The notes under the pieces are model-generated. The model saw nothing but the letters and a program-made list of their open reading frames with translations. It did no database searches and was not told where the DNA came from. DNA of 64,000 bases from Tubiluchus corallicola (taxonomy: Eukaryota; Animalia; Priapulida): contig JAQGDQ010000092.1 in the NCBI GenBank assembly GCA_030141605.1, positions 310,001 through 374,000 of the forward strand, given 5' to 3'. Positions 1-11,889 of this stretch are shown piece by piece (positions within the stretch are counted from its first letter, which is position 1; each line of letters begins with the position of its first letter). Made by a program: the position numbers and the translations under genes.

Positions 1-1152
1 ACGTCTTTGGTGAAAACGTCCCAGAAATATTACGGCTAGAAGGTTGTATTATATGATTACTCTGTACAGCAGATATTTTGATTATGTTAATTATTGTATT
101 TTAGAGTAGGACGCTATCGCCAACAATCAGCCCACATAATTGTAACTGACTGGTATGCTCCTTCTGTCTGTGGACTTCATGTTTTATGCCGACAACTGTG
201 TCCAGAAAATTTTGCTTTTCATTATAATTTATATTTAATACTTTGGATTTGCTGCTGCTGATGGAGTTTTTAAGTAAATAAATACTCCGAAATAGATTTA
301 GTAAGAAAAGGATGACGACTGCTCTTTCCTTAATTTTATTGTCCCTCGTATTATCAAAAATAAAGGACTTGTCTCATTCGGAAACACACAGGAAATGAAG
401 CTCGTTGCCGACTGTTTCATCACACTTCACCTTTTCGAATACAATGCTTTTTATCTAGAATCCTGATTCCTTTATGATGTATAAATTGTTGACCATGGAG
501 TTTCAATCGTCATATCTACAATTCTCCATCCATCTATGATATAAAGCCAATTAATAGTAGAATCATTCATGCATGTTATTAAGTGCATAGTTATTAATTA
601 TTGTGTGATATTTATTCCACTCCTAGACAATCACGATCTATCAGATAGAGTGTATTGCATTTTTTAGGAAACAAACTCAACTGTGATTGCAAACTTCAAT
701 GGATAGCTGAGTTAGGTGACACACCTCATATTGGGGGCACCTGTTCCCAACCAGATGAGCTACAAGGAATCGATTTACACGACGTAAAGCCTGAAGACAT
801 GGTATGCATCGCAGAACCATCAACAGATTCCTACACAACCCAAGCTTGGACAACCGACCTGCAGACGACTAAAACACTTGTTGCTAGTGAAGCAACTGAC
901 ACACTTACTACCGATAAACAAACTAATACGCCTACTCGTGCTACCACAGAAAAGCCTGACAGTGATGTGGATGTCTGGCTCATTGTAGTAATAGTTATAG
1001 CCAGTGTGATGACAACGTGCATCGTTGTTGGATTCATTGTATGCGTAAAGCACAATATCAAGAAAAAACGCGCAAAAAGCGATTTAAAGAATTCATATTA
1101 TACATACAGCGAGCCTACCCTACCTCAGGAGACGATGTCCACTGAACTTTAG
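1..1152 (+). CDS. 3' part of a single-pass leucine-rich-repeat membrane protein (last LRR, LRRCT, Thr-rich stalk, TM helix, short tail); exons <1-42 and 668-1152
   Basis: Exon 1-42 (VFGENVPEILRLE-G|gttgta) joins in phase 1 to acceptor ttgcattttttag|668, giving LRLEGNKLNCDCKLQW...TCSQPDELQG...DMVC, a textbook LRRCT. A Thr-rich stalk, TM WLIVVIVIASVMTTCIVVGFIVCV, basic stop-transfer and C-terminal STEL follow. Confidence 0.9.
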
Positions 1153-2741
1153 CACGAGATCTTTTTTTCGTATTATTGTTGATTGTGCTGAATATGTCGT
1201 CATTCGCATAAGTTTTGGTCGCAGAAACTTTTATAAACCATATTCGTAATTAATGCAGTTGTGACTAAAATTTATATTATCATCGCCTATGTCTTCATGT
1301 AAGATTTTTATAACTTTTTTCGTACAATAACACACTTAATGTGAGTTTTTCGTGTGCCTACTCTTGTCATTAAGAATTATCTCCGTGCTTTTTTTGTAAT
1401 TCAAATGAAGTTGTTGAATAATGGTTCTCACCTTCAGAATAATTCATTACAGCCAAAACGCTTTGCATGATCACTGTGGTTGCTTTATTACTCAATATCT
1501 TGTGATTCTTACCAGAATAATTTAGGCTCTGTACCCGGCACAGGCTAAAAGCATGTGCAGCTTACGAAAGTAAATTGTAATTATTCTTAATCTTAGCGTT
1601 TTAAAATGCGATTAGCTTGCGGAAAATCATGCCCCGCTAAAGCGTAACATTTTATTGACTTCCTGACATTTTAGTAACACTTGAATGCTCGCTTTTTATG
1701 TAGGGCCTACACTTGAGTTAACTGTAAATCGACTGATTTATATTAACATTTAAATGAAACAAAATTGCGAAATACCATACTGAAATAACTGTAGTGAAAC
1801 AAATGTGTCACTTCCATACTCAAACGTACTGAACATTAGGGGGTTAAAGTTAAATCGCAGACGCTGAAATTATACTCGCTTTGATTGGCAGAATAGTTGT
1901 GTTGCTAATCCACCTATATCTGCACGATAAATGCTAGTGTGGTGCCAGTTGTTGGCAATTAAGTCATCAAAAACATATGATTGTGCTGGAATAGATAGAG
2001 CCATGTCTTTGCATGAGTGGTGCTGACGTTTATTTTTATCTTAAAAATTCAACAAACTACAAAAGGTGTACGCTTGCAAAAGCCAAATTTTACACGTAAA
2101 AGTCTATCTATTTTTCAATTATATAACCATTTATAAACAAACTATGATAGAGACAAAGTTTATCACCTAAACAATGGACTTAAGACTGACTTGTGTTCGC
2201 AGGTACGTAGAAGTTTGACTTGGGTAAACCTGTACATCATGCTACAATTCTGATAAATCATTGACCCAACTTCAAAAACATTTTCCTAACACATCTAGTC
2301 CATTATACGATATTTTAATTCCTAATCTCTTGTTTCCTTCTTTTCGCCCTTTAATTATTTTTAGTGAATGGTTTTTGTCTCTATTTTGGTGCTGCTAATT
2401 TAATGGCGCAAATAAGATGGCCCAGCTGTTATAATTTTATTAATTACTTATAAAGAAGGAAAAAGAATTTTGCAAAGTGTTCCAGTTTAATAAAAATAAA
2501 CTGAAGTTGTCAAACAGAGAGAATTCTGATTTATAGTTGAGTTGCCATGACACACGCACGTATATGCGAAATTAAGCAATGTCGAGTTACGCAACCATCT
2601 ATATTAACTAAGCTTTCTGCCAAGTACCTGATTTCGGCTTGCAAAGTTTGAAACAGTATAACATAAATAAATAAAAAACTCTCAGTTTAGAAAAAACTTC
2701 TAGCTTTTTTTATTTATTTAGCAGTTTTTTGTACAATTTCG

Positions 2742-2956
2742 TTTCAAAATAAATACATACTTCCATTCCGAAATTTCATCTAGTAAATTCTTGAAGTTGG
2801 ATAGCGAATCTGACGTGACCCAATATTGACGTGAGCTCAACGTTGACATAGTGACGTGGTTCAGTATTAAGACATCTTATTAAAATCATTTCAAAATAAA
2901 TACAACATTCCATTTCGAAATTTTTGTCCAGCGAAATCTTGAAGTTGCATTGCGAA
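2742..2956. repeat. Diverged ~70-bp direct duplication enclosing a cluster of TGACGT motifs
   Basis: tttcaaaataaataca..ttccatt.cgaaattt...cttgaagttg.at.gcgaa occurs at ~2742-2808 and ~2889-2956. TGACGTG recurs three times between them. Confidence 0.6.
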
Positions 2957-5783
2957 CAACACTTTTACGTATTGGCCATGCGATCTTATATCTTAGAAAG
3001 TCATACAGTGACATGGCCCAGGTAGGCGTGGCCCAATATCTTGGTTTCGCGGTTCCAAGTGGCTAATCACACGATACGTTCTCGTTGCCTTAGGTATTAT
3101 ATTATAGGTATATATAATAGGTATTATAGGTATATAATATTGTTGCCACGCGATGGTGTGTTTTTGCTGCAGACTACATTGTTGCATATCGCAAAACAAC
3201 GCATAAAAATACTTTTAGAAACGTAACTTTAGGGATCTTGTAAATTTCAAGCAGTCTACAAGCTTACGCATTTTCTCAAAGAGACTGGAACTAGCTTCAG
3301 TTGCCATGTTCGTGTCCTGAAAAGTAGAAAGAAAAACTGTAAATTATGCAATTTAATCAGTAAGATGTTTGAACACAAATAGCAAACACAAACCGTCAGC
3401 TATTGATTAAATATAAATCACAGAAATCATAGAAATCACATCAGTGTAGTTACGATTACATTTTATAGCAGCGAAACAAAACGGTTTCAACATTTCAGTT
3501 TAACATACAGGCTTTTCCACTTGCGGTAGGATCCGTCAAAAAAGAGAAGTAAAAGTCGCAATTTAGCAGTTTAAAAAATTAAGCCAAATAATTAAAAGAT
3601 TAAAAAGCAATTATGGAAAGTTTCTGTACATAAGTACTTTAATATCATGGTATTATAAGAGCTACAAAATCGTTTCTATTTTTCAATTAGTTTTACCCAT
3701 GGGTAAAACATTTTTTCAACAAAATGAATCAAAAATGAATACGTTCTAGAACTAGATCTGTGGCTGATCGGAGAACAGATTTTTTGGGAATTAAATTAAT
3801 TGCAACACAAATGCTTTTTTCTGAATCAGGATGTTATGCATATTACAAATAAATTAACCCCACCAATTGCCCTCGGAGGAAATTTATTAGGGCCGATTGA
3901 ATTTTAGGAACACCCCACACAGCATTAGCATTAGCAACCATGTCGTTACTGACCTTTTTATGAGCATCTAATGCCGCCTAGCGACACTTATGGCTGATAA
4001 TGCAAATGTTATTCTCATAAATTAGTTGTCGTAGTCACTGTTTATCTTAGCAACGGCATTGATAACAATGTTAGACTGAAAAACAGTTATGGAAACTTCG
4101 ATTTTCAACCTTATGTAACTGATAACAAATCTTAACACACTATATAGGAAAGGTAGCAGCTGCTATAGTAACAAGGCAAAAACTGTTTAGCTTAGAACCC
4201 CTTGTAGAAAGCACTAAATGTTCTTCGCGCGCTCTAGTTAGCAAAATATTGAAGTTTTTGAGCACAAAGCTGTTCAAAATTTCTGTAAATTTGGAAAAAA
4301 TATTGCAACTATTACAAGAATTGCATCTACATCCGACAACGTCATCTTATTATGGTGCTGCTTGCTATAAACTAGCTGAAGTGTCTTTTTCGTCATTTTC
4401 TTCATCTAAAATGCTTCAGCAAGTGACGTTATTGCACTTGCACGATGGTGTATAACATAAACTTGCCAGTTGGCCGCAACTGCACTTACCTTCGCAAATT
4501 ACTACTTTCGGTATAATGTCAGGAGCTGAGCATTATTCGTCAAGTGTGATGCTACATAGTCCCTGACTACTTTGTTATCTAACCATGACCTACAGGCAAA
4601 AGAAGTGTTGGTTCCTGTACAGATTTTTAAATGTAACTAATATTGAAAGGTTGCTCTTCTTAATGTGTTTTTGTGCTGAGTAGTAATTTACATCAGTAGA
4701 TGCTAATGTACAGCTATTAAAATCTTCTTTTACTAACAATTTGTATTTTAGTGAATTTAGATTTGGTGTAAATCAAACGAATCTTGCAATAAATGAAAAT
4801 GAAAATGAGCGTCTAGCTCAACCCTAAGTACTGCAAACTGTCAAATCGTCTTTAGTTACTTTGTACTGTGACTCCCATAGATATTTCCTTGCTTATAACA
4901 TGTATAGATGTGCTGATAGTCCCCACCTTCTCAGTGAAAGGAGAGCTAAACGAAGTTAACATGAGTTTGTGCCTAAAGTTTCGACAAGCTTCTGTGCATT
5001 ACTACAAATATTTTGTTTCCACCTAAATCTGTTTTATTATTACGAAGTTCCTTAAGAAAATGGAAGAAAATCCTGATATATATGTAGATGTAGCTGATGT
5101 CTATATCGCCACAGCTCATTGAAAAATCTAGTTCTAAACAGATAACTAACCACTTTCTGCATGCGCAAGAGTCTTATTAAAAGAACAAACTTTGCTGCAT
5201 TTGGAGACCTGCTTAATAATCAACACTTTCTTTACCAACACCAGTTGGGGATTGTTAGATAATAACTCCGTCGGGGCTATAATACCTCACTTGATGAATA
5301 ATGCCTCGGCTCCTGGCGGAATTACTTATCTGCCACTACAAAAAAGATTGAATGGTTAACGAGATGCAAACTGACAGGTTCTTCTAGTATGCTGTCATGC
5401 AATTGTTCGAACACTAGAAATAAAAAAACTCAGAAGAAGAAGAATCGTATTATGGCAGCCAGTCCATTTCAGTTATGTTTGCTAAATAAGTGTAATGTTC
5501 ACCCAATTGCAAGATTCCGACTGTTTTGTGCCAAAAACTATCGATATTTCGGTAACTAGGGCGTGCAGAACATTTAATCCTTTCTACTATCACATCTGGA
5601 AATACCAGTTTTCATGCCGTTACTATAACAACTACTACCTCTCCGGTGTGTTAAGATATTTTGTTGTCGACTCGTATAATGATGAAAGTCGAGGTTTCCC
5701 AAAGTATTAAATCTAACCTAGTCATAAATGCCTTTGCTAAGATAAACAGTAACACTAGCAAACAACTTATGGGAATAACATCG

Positions 5784-5888
5784 TATATATATATATATAT
5801 GTGTGTTATTCCCATAAGTTGATATATGTGTGTGTGCGTGCGTGCGTTGTGTGTATATACATATACATATACACACACACATATATAC

Positions 5889-5938
<50 letters not shown>

Positions 5939-5952
5939 CATATATATATATG
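5784..5952. repeat. Compound (TA)n/(TG)n/(CA)n microsatellite
   Basis: Directly visible. Confidence 0.95.
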
Positions 5953-8370
5953 ATTTATCGAATCCGGCCCACCGAGCGGAATGGCGGACGAAAAATCTCA
6001 AAAATGGACCTCGTGGGAGGGCCACGGCATCCCGCAACGGGCATTTTTTCCAAACCTAACTCCCGATTTTTTCGAAATTTTGACGCGAAGAGCCTGTAAA
6101 AAACGTTCTACTTGCGCCTGGTAGAACTTTTTGAAGGAGATATGTAGCTCTTTGAGAAGAGGAGGAACAGGGCTATACGGCAGTGTGAGTCTCTTTTGCA
6201 GTTGCTTCCACCAAGAGGAGCGGCGAAGAAATTGGTTGGGGTTTCCATTTCGGGCGATTCTCGCTTAGACAATTGCTGACGTTCGCATTGTTCTGACGTG
6301 ATTTCATGCATGTTTGACTCTACCTATAACTTTGCTGAAGTAAAAGCTGCTGGTTTTGCGCTATGTAAATAAATGAACACTATGTTTGCGCATTATTGAT
6401 TATAAGTGCATTTTTGCGGGGCCTTTGCTAGTTTTACATTATTAGCCAAGTATGGTAACCTAGGTAGCCTAGGTAGTATTTGAGAATTTAATGGCTTGTA
6501 AATGTAATGAGTATCATTCATCACATAAACAACAAAAACTTAAACTGGTAAAATGAAAAAAATGCTTTAAAAGCCAAGAGTTATAATGTTTTTGATTATG
6601 TTTTAATGAGATAGAGGTGCATTCTCGCACCGACGGTAGTTTATTGGGGCCAAACAAAATGTTGCAATGTACTATTTTCGTAATCACTTTAGTCATCTAC
6701 GTTGCCTAATTATGAGTAAGTTATGTAATGTTGGAGAGTAGTGGAACTTGGAAACATTTTACTTGAAACAAAGTATTTAGGTTAACATGGCTTTTTCGGT
6801 GGGAAGGCACAAAATTACTGCCCCGCTCTCAGTAACTGACACTGGAATTTTATATTACAATGTCGAGAGCAGTATATACTGTATAGGTAAAATCTTATAG
6901 TAAAAAAAGTAACCTGTGAAAAATAAATAGAGTATTATAAATACAATTTTGGTCTAGATAAGACTTTTTAGGGAAGTTCACCCGGTGCATCCAAATGATC
7001 ACAGTGGTGCACAGCATAATACTAACAAAGTCAATTCTCAATGGCTACAGAATTTTATGACTTCTTCCTTGCCATGCAGAAATTTGTGCACTTTCAAGTG
7101 ATTTTCAAGTTAAAATTCAACCGGCCCTAAAGAAATTTTCCCTAAGGCCAATTCATCGAGAGTAATTTTTTCTGAAACACTAAATAACATGCTAATTCGG
7201 AAAAAACAAAAACCATTTGTGTTACATTACAATTACACAAAACAAAAAACAGAAAATAGGCAATTTGATTCTATGTGCGACAAAAAAATTAAACGACTAC
7301 AAAAACCAAGTCGAAACAAACTAGTTCAAATCACGTTTTTGTTTTCTATCATCAGTGATCGCTAGGTTTAAGCATCAGGTCGATTGTTTGTGATTTTTAC
7401 GATTATTCATCGATTTTTACGAAAATAATGGGACGGACTCTTCCTAGAGTCTTTTAAATCTTAGAGGGTTCAGAAAAACAATGGTCTAGGGCCATATTTA
7501 TGCATGATCTCGTTTTTCTATGATGTATAGTGTTTTAATTAGATACAGTATCTATGAAAGCGCTGCAGATGGCTTAAGTGATTAAATTGCATGTAAGGGC
7601 CAATATACTTGCAAATACTCTGAAAAATAAATAAACAAGGTAATTAAAATTTTACTATTAGCGTCCTTTGGGATATTTGGACAAAATAACTTGAAGCACA
7701 TCAAATATCATTCCACTGTGTGTCTAAAACGTACAAACTTCACTTTTTAAGTTATAAAAATTTTGATGGTGCATAAGTTAGTGAGTTAAAAATGATATCA
7801 AATAGATCTGTTTTGAAACAAACACTATTGCAAGTTTTCCTTTTTTCTGTGTCCAGCCAAACAAGGTCAGTGCAAGTAAGCATTTACGAGCTACGTGCAA
7901 ATGTGAATGCATGACCAGTTAACAGTTTAATGCTAAATGCATCTGAATAATGCAACCAGAAAAACGTTGCTGGAATAACGCCAACAGGTCAGGTGATCGA
8001 AAAAAGACGACCGAGGTTGCACTGCCATTATGACTACCAAAGCACACAGTTATTTTATCAAAATAACTATTGAAAATGGGTGCTGAGTATAAACAGATTT
8101 AAGATCTTCTGCCCATACAGATAATTTCCACCACGTATAAATCACGTCATTAGATATTTAGTAATAAAAGCTTTGCAAACTTTTATCCTCTTACTAAGAG
8201 ATTATGAGGAGGCGACATTGTGTCTTCAAATTTTTATTCTGCATGTGTTAGGATGTAATGGACCACATGCGCTTAATACTTCACTTCCTTAGTTTGCCCA
8301 TTTACCTATTTTTAAAAAAGTCCTGCTTAAGGTATCGAAGCTGCTAAAATACTGCCTCGGGATGTAAGGT

Positions 8371-9429
8371 TTAGGGCGAAAAACCATGATTTTTTCCAGA
8401 AGCTAAACAAATGTACGTACCACAATGATATAAATGTTTTTCAAAGTGAGTAGTTATTGACGTTTGCAGATGGTCCAAGTCAGTGCTAAACGTAGTTGTC
8501 AAATCGACGGCTGCTTCTTCCAGATTTTTCACATTCTTTTCCAGTTTATTCAGCACAGTTAGTTTGTTCACAAGACTGTCAACTTTACTATCTTGAGTGG
8601 ATAGCTGATCATGCATTGCAGCTATCTGGCTAACAACTATACCAATGCTAGAGTCTAGAGTATTAATCGCTGTGACCAAAGCGTCTGTGGCGGTTTCATC
8701 ACTCCCAACTTCCGCATCTGTGGCCGCCACATTTCCCATGACTGTGCCGAGATTACCAGAAACATCACTAGCCGTTGTATCTATCAAACCGCTATCTGTT
8801 TCAATAGAGCCACTTGACACCTGAAGCCCTGAAAGAGTCTGGGCAGCGTCCCCCAAGCTTGTACGTAAGCTCTCAACATCTTTGTGTATGGCGGCAGATT
8901 TTGTCGCTGATGTGCTTAAGTCTGCTACTATGATGTCAACGTCGCTGACAATTCCAGAAACTTGGCTTATTATAGCCGAGAGGTCCGTTTCAATTGATCC
9001 TACGGGAACATCTATAAAACTTTCGGTGCCCAGAAATGCGTTAATAGCAGAAACACTGGTTTGAACTGTTGTCAAACATACATCAGTCTCTTGTTCTTCT
9101 CCATTTATATCATCTATCAAATCTCTCAACGTTCCAGTGTCTGGATTAATGTCGGCTACGAACAAATCTACTAATGAATTCACAACTGTTGACAATTTAG
9201 ATAGAGCAGGCAAAGCTAACTTATGTTCAGCTAACATGTCACTAGCGATAGGACCCAAAGTTTCCACATCGCTCACCAATTTCCAAACAATCGCTCGCAA
9301 GTTAATTAAATACTGTAGCATCATGAAGTAAACTGTTTCATCCTCAGAGTCGTCCGCTTTTGCACTTTTTTCTCCGGGCAGAGAAGCCAAGCACACCAGT
9401 AAGAGTAAAAACCAGACTCCCAGTCTCAT
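8371..9429 (-). CDS. Secreted long coiled-coil protein of unknown family, 352 aa (the last ~17 codons could instead be spliced out at tgtg|gtacgt ~8420)
   Basis: 1059-nt ORF in AT-rich DNA; signal peptide MRLGVWFLLLLVCLASLPG; continuous heptad pattern; TATA-like box upstream; AATAAA on the minus strand at ~8232-8237. Confidence 0.85.
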   Translation of the reverse strand: MRLGVWFLLLLVCLASLPGEKSAKADDSEDETVYFMMLQYLINLRAIVWKLVSDVETLGPIASDMLAEHKLALPALSKLSTVVNSLVDLFVADINPDTGTLRDLIDDINGEEQETDVCLTTVQTSVSAINAFLGTESFIDVPVGSIETDLSAIISQVSGIVSDVDIIVADLSTSATKSAAIHKDVESLRTSLGDAAQTLSGLQVSSGSIETDSGLIDTTASDVSGNLGTVMGNVAATDAEVGSDETATDALVTAINTLDSSIGIVVSQIAAMHDQLSTQDSKVDSLVNKLTVLNKLEKNVKNLEEAAVDLTTTFSTDLDHLQTSITTHFEKHLYHCGTYICLASGKNHGFSP

Positions 9430-9498
9430 GTTCGACCGCTTCGTTTTTACTGGCTAACAAAGCAAACATAGAAAGTCAGAATTTTCTGTCAAATCCAC

Positions 9499-9505
9499 TT
9501 ATATA
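9499..9505 (-). promoter_or_regulatory. Candidate TATA box of the coiled-coil gene
   Basis: Minus-strand TATATAA about 70 nt upstream of the ATG at 9429. Confidence 0.55.
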
Positions 9506-11889
9506 GATTCCAGGCGCGATGTCACCCTTCGCCGAGTTCGTGAGTTACATAAATAATTCAATTCGTGTTCATGATTAACTGATGCTATTCAGTATTTAGT
9601 GTCACTTGGTCATATGTTATTAAGAAACATATGAATGCATTAAATATAGGCAATGTGGAGATATCAACATGCCAGTTAAAACGTATAAGAAAGGTGTCTA
9701 CTAAACGTTCATCCAACAACAACTTTTTTTATAAGACATTATGCTGACATTATACCAGACTTACAGTAATATAAACCGTGAAACTTATATTTGCCAACTA
9801 ATGACGATTTGATGCAATGAATGACTTTCCTTAGTTGCAGTAGCAAATGCAACGAGTGAACCACTGTACTTTATTATGTTTTCTATAGGGCATCAGTATA
9901 TCACTTATTACATCAAATTAAGCATACGCCAAAACTGTGCTTTATAATTATTTTCTGAAATCATAGGGAGGAAGTTTCATAAGGGGCCTATGAAGGAAGG
10001 TCTGTGGGGCTTGTCAAAAATTTCACAAGCAGGAATGTGCAGAGAAAATTTTCTAAGTTGCCGTTTTGAGTATTTCGAAATAAATGCAAACAACAACGGA
10101 TTACATAATTATGTAGGGCATAGACTGACAAAAGCGTCTGAACACAAAATATTTACAATTATGTCTATATGTTTATGCTTATTTGGGTTATTTATACGTA
10201 TTTTATTCAATATGCATGCAACGCACACAAAGTGTCTGGAATTGATAGACTCGCTATAAAAACCTTCATAAGAGCAATCACAATTAAATATAAACTTATT
10301 TGTCAACCTAGTTTAATCATTATAACATTTTCTTTAATGTGTTTTTAAATTTCTTTTCACTCACTATGATCAGAAATCAAAAATTAATGAAGGGCGAAAA
10401 AGAAATGAGTAATGAATGACACCATTCCCATTGAGAAACCTTTGTGAATCGTACACTGTTCATTTCTGGCACTCAGTGCAGCGAATAACGGATAATAAGA
10501 TGTGTTCTTCACTCAAAATGCTCTTTATAATATTTTTATCAGTTTTTATCCATTCTTTTTGGTTCTTCTGAACGGGTACTATTATTACCTTTAAAAATTT
10601 TAAAAGTTTAAAATAATTCGTCGTACAAGAAACATTTCAACTGCAGCCAGTAAAAAGAGGTAATGCAGTACGCAAGCAATTTTTGAATATTGAAATCTTG
10701 AATTTTAAAATTTTAAAACAGAATTAAGAATATTTATACTGAAAATAACCAGCTTTTGCCCCGAAAACGTTCAATTCGTTTGTTCTGGGCGGGCAAAAGC
10801 CCCCAACCCCCTGCATCCCGCTCCTATGTCTGAAATTATCTGACAATTATACCAGTAGATAATCTGACCATCTCATTGGGAAAATAAATTGAGGGATTGG
10901 CAAACTTTATCTTGTTCTATAAATAAGCTAAAGATGTTAGTAAGAAAGCAAAAGAGAAAGAAAGAGGCTGCGAGAAAGAGAAACGGAAAGAGAGAGAGGA
11001 GGGAGCAGTAGAGGTGAGTCTCTACATCTTATATCTTTACCTACCTACATCTTAACCTCTACCCATGACCAGAACGTGCTAGTCTAGTATTATAATAAAA
11101 GACTAATTCGAAATAAAAATAATTGTACAACCCACCAATAAGGCAGCAAAACAGTAAAAGCAGAGCCATCAGGGAAAAAAAATCCAGTTGGGAATTTCAG
11201 GCTTCGGCTCCCCTACCCTACTTTCCAACAGGACGCAGAGAGGAAAGCAAGTTGTAATTAGTTCACTTGAGTCAAATAAAAGCACAAATGCTAAGAAAAA
11301 CAACAATGGACAACGAAAACAAAACATAACTAACAAAACACACTCATACGAATGTACACACAGAGTATTTATACGAATGTACACACACTCGGGACTCACG
11401 CACCCTTATGCCGTTGCAAAACTAAAAGTATCTAAAAAACAGTGGACTAGTCAGACTACAGGACTAAGGTGTTAATAAGGTTTACGCACTCTTCGAGATA
11501 CGCCCGTGGTACAGTTAAAATCATATGTGGGTCAACCACCTCGTCGACCGGACAGTGTGTCACATTCATGCAAGCGCTCGTCGAGCGTCGCCTCAAAATT
11601 ATGCAGTTTTTCTAACAAGTTTTAAAATTTGACCCCACCGAGGTCAGCTGAACATTCTAGAAGGCTATCGTGATCGTGTCAAATTTTATGTCTATGGAAA
11701 ACACTTCTGCAAAACTTTGCACAATTAGAGGAAATTCAATAAGAAACGTTTCATCAATGCTTTTTTTAAAGTGATGTTTTACAAGAATAACTGATCTTCG
11801 ACTGATCGCTGACACTGTTTCAATCAACTGGATACGGTGGTTTAGTTTCTGCAGTAATTAATTATAGTGGCTACGAAGAGTGAATTAAA

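Noticed and set aside
5651-6037. ORF with YIYI runs (likewise the VCVC ORF at 47240 and the DNDN ORF at 46608)
   Set aside because: Microsatellite translations.
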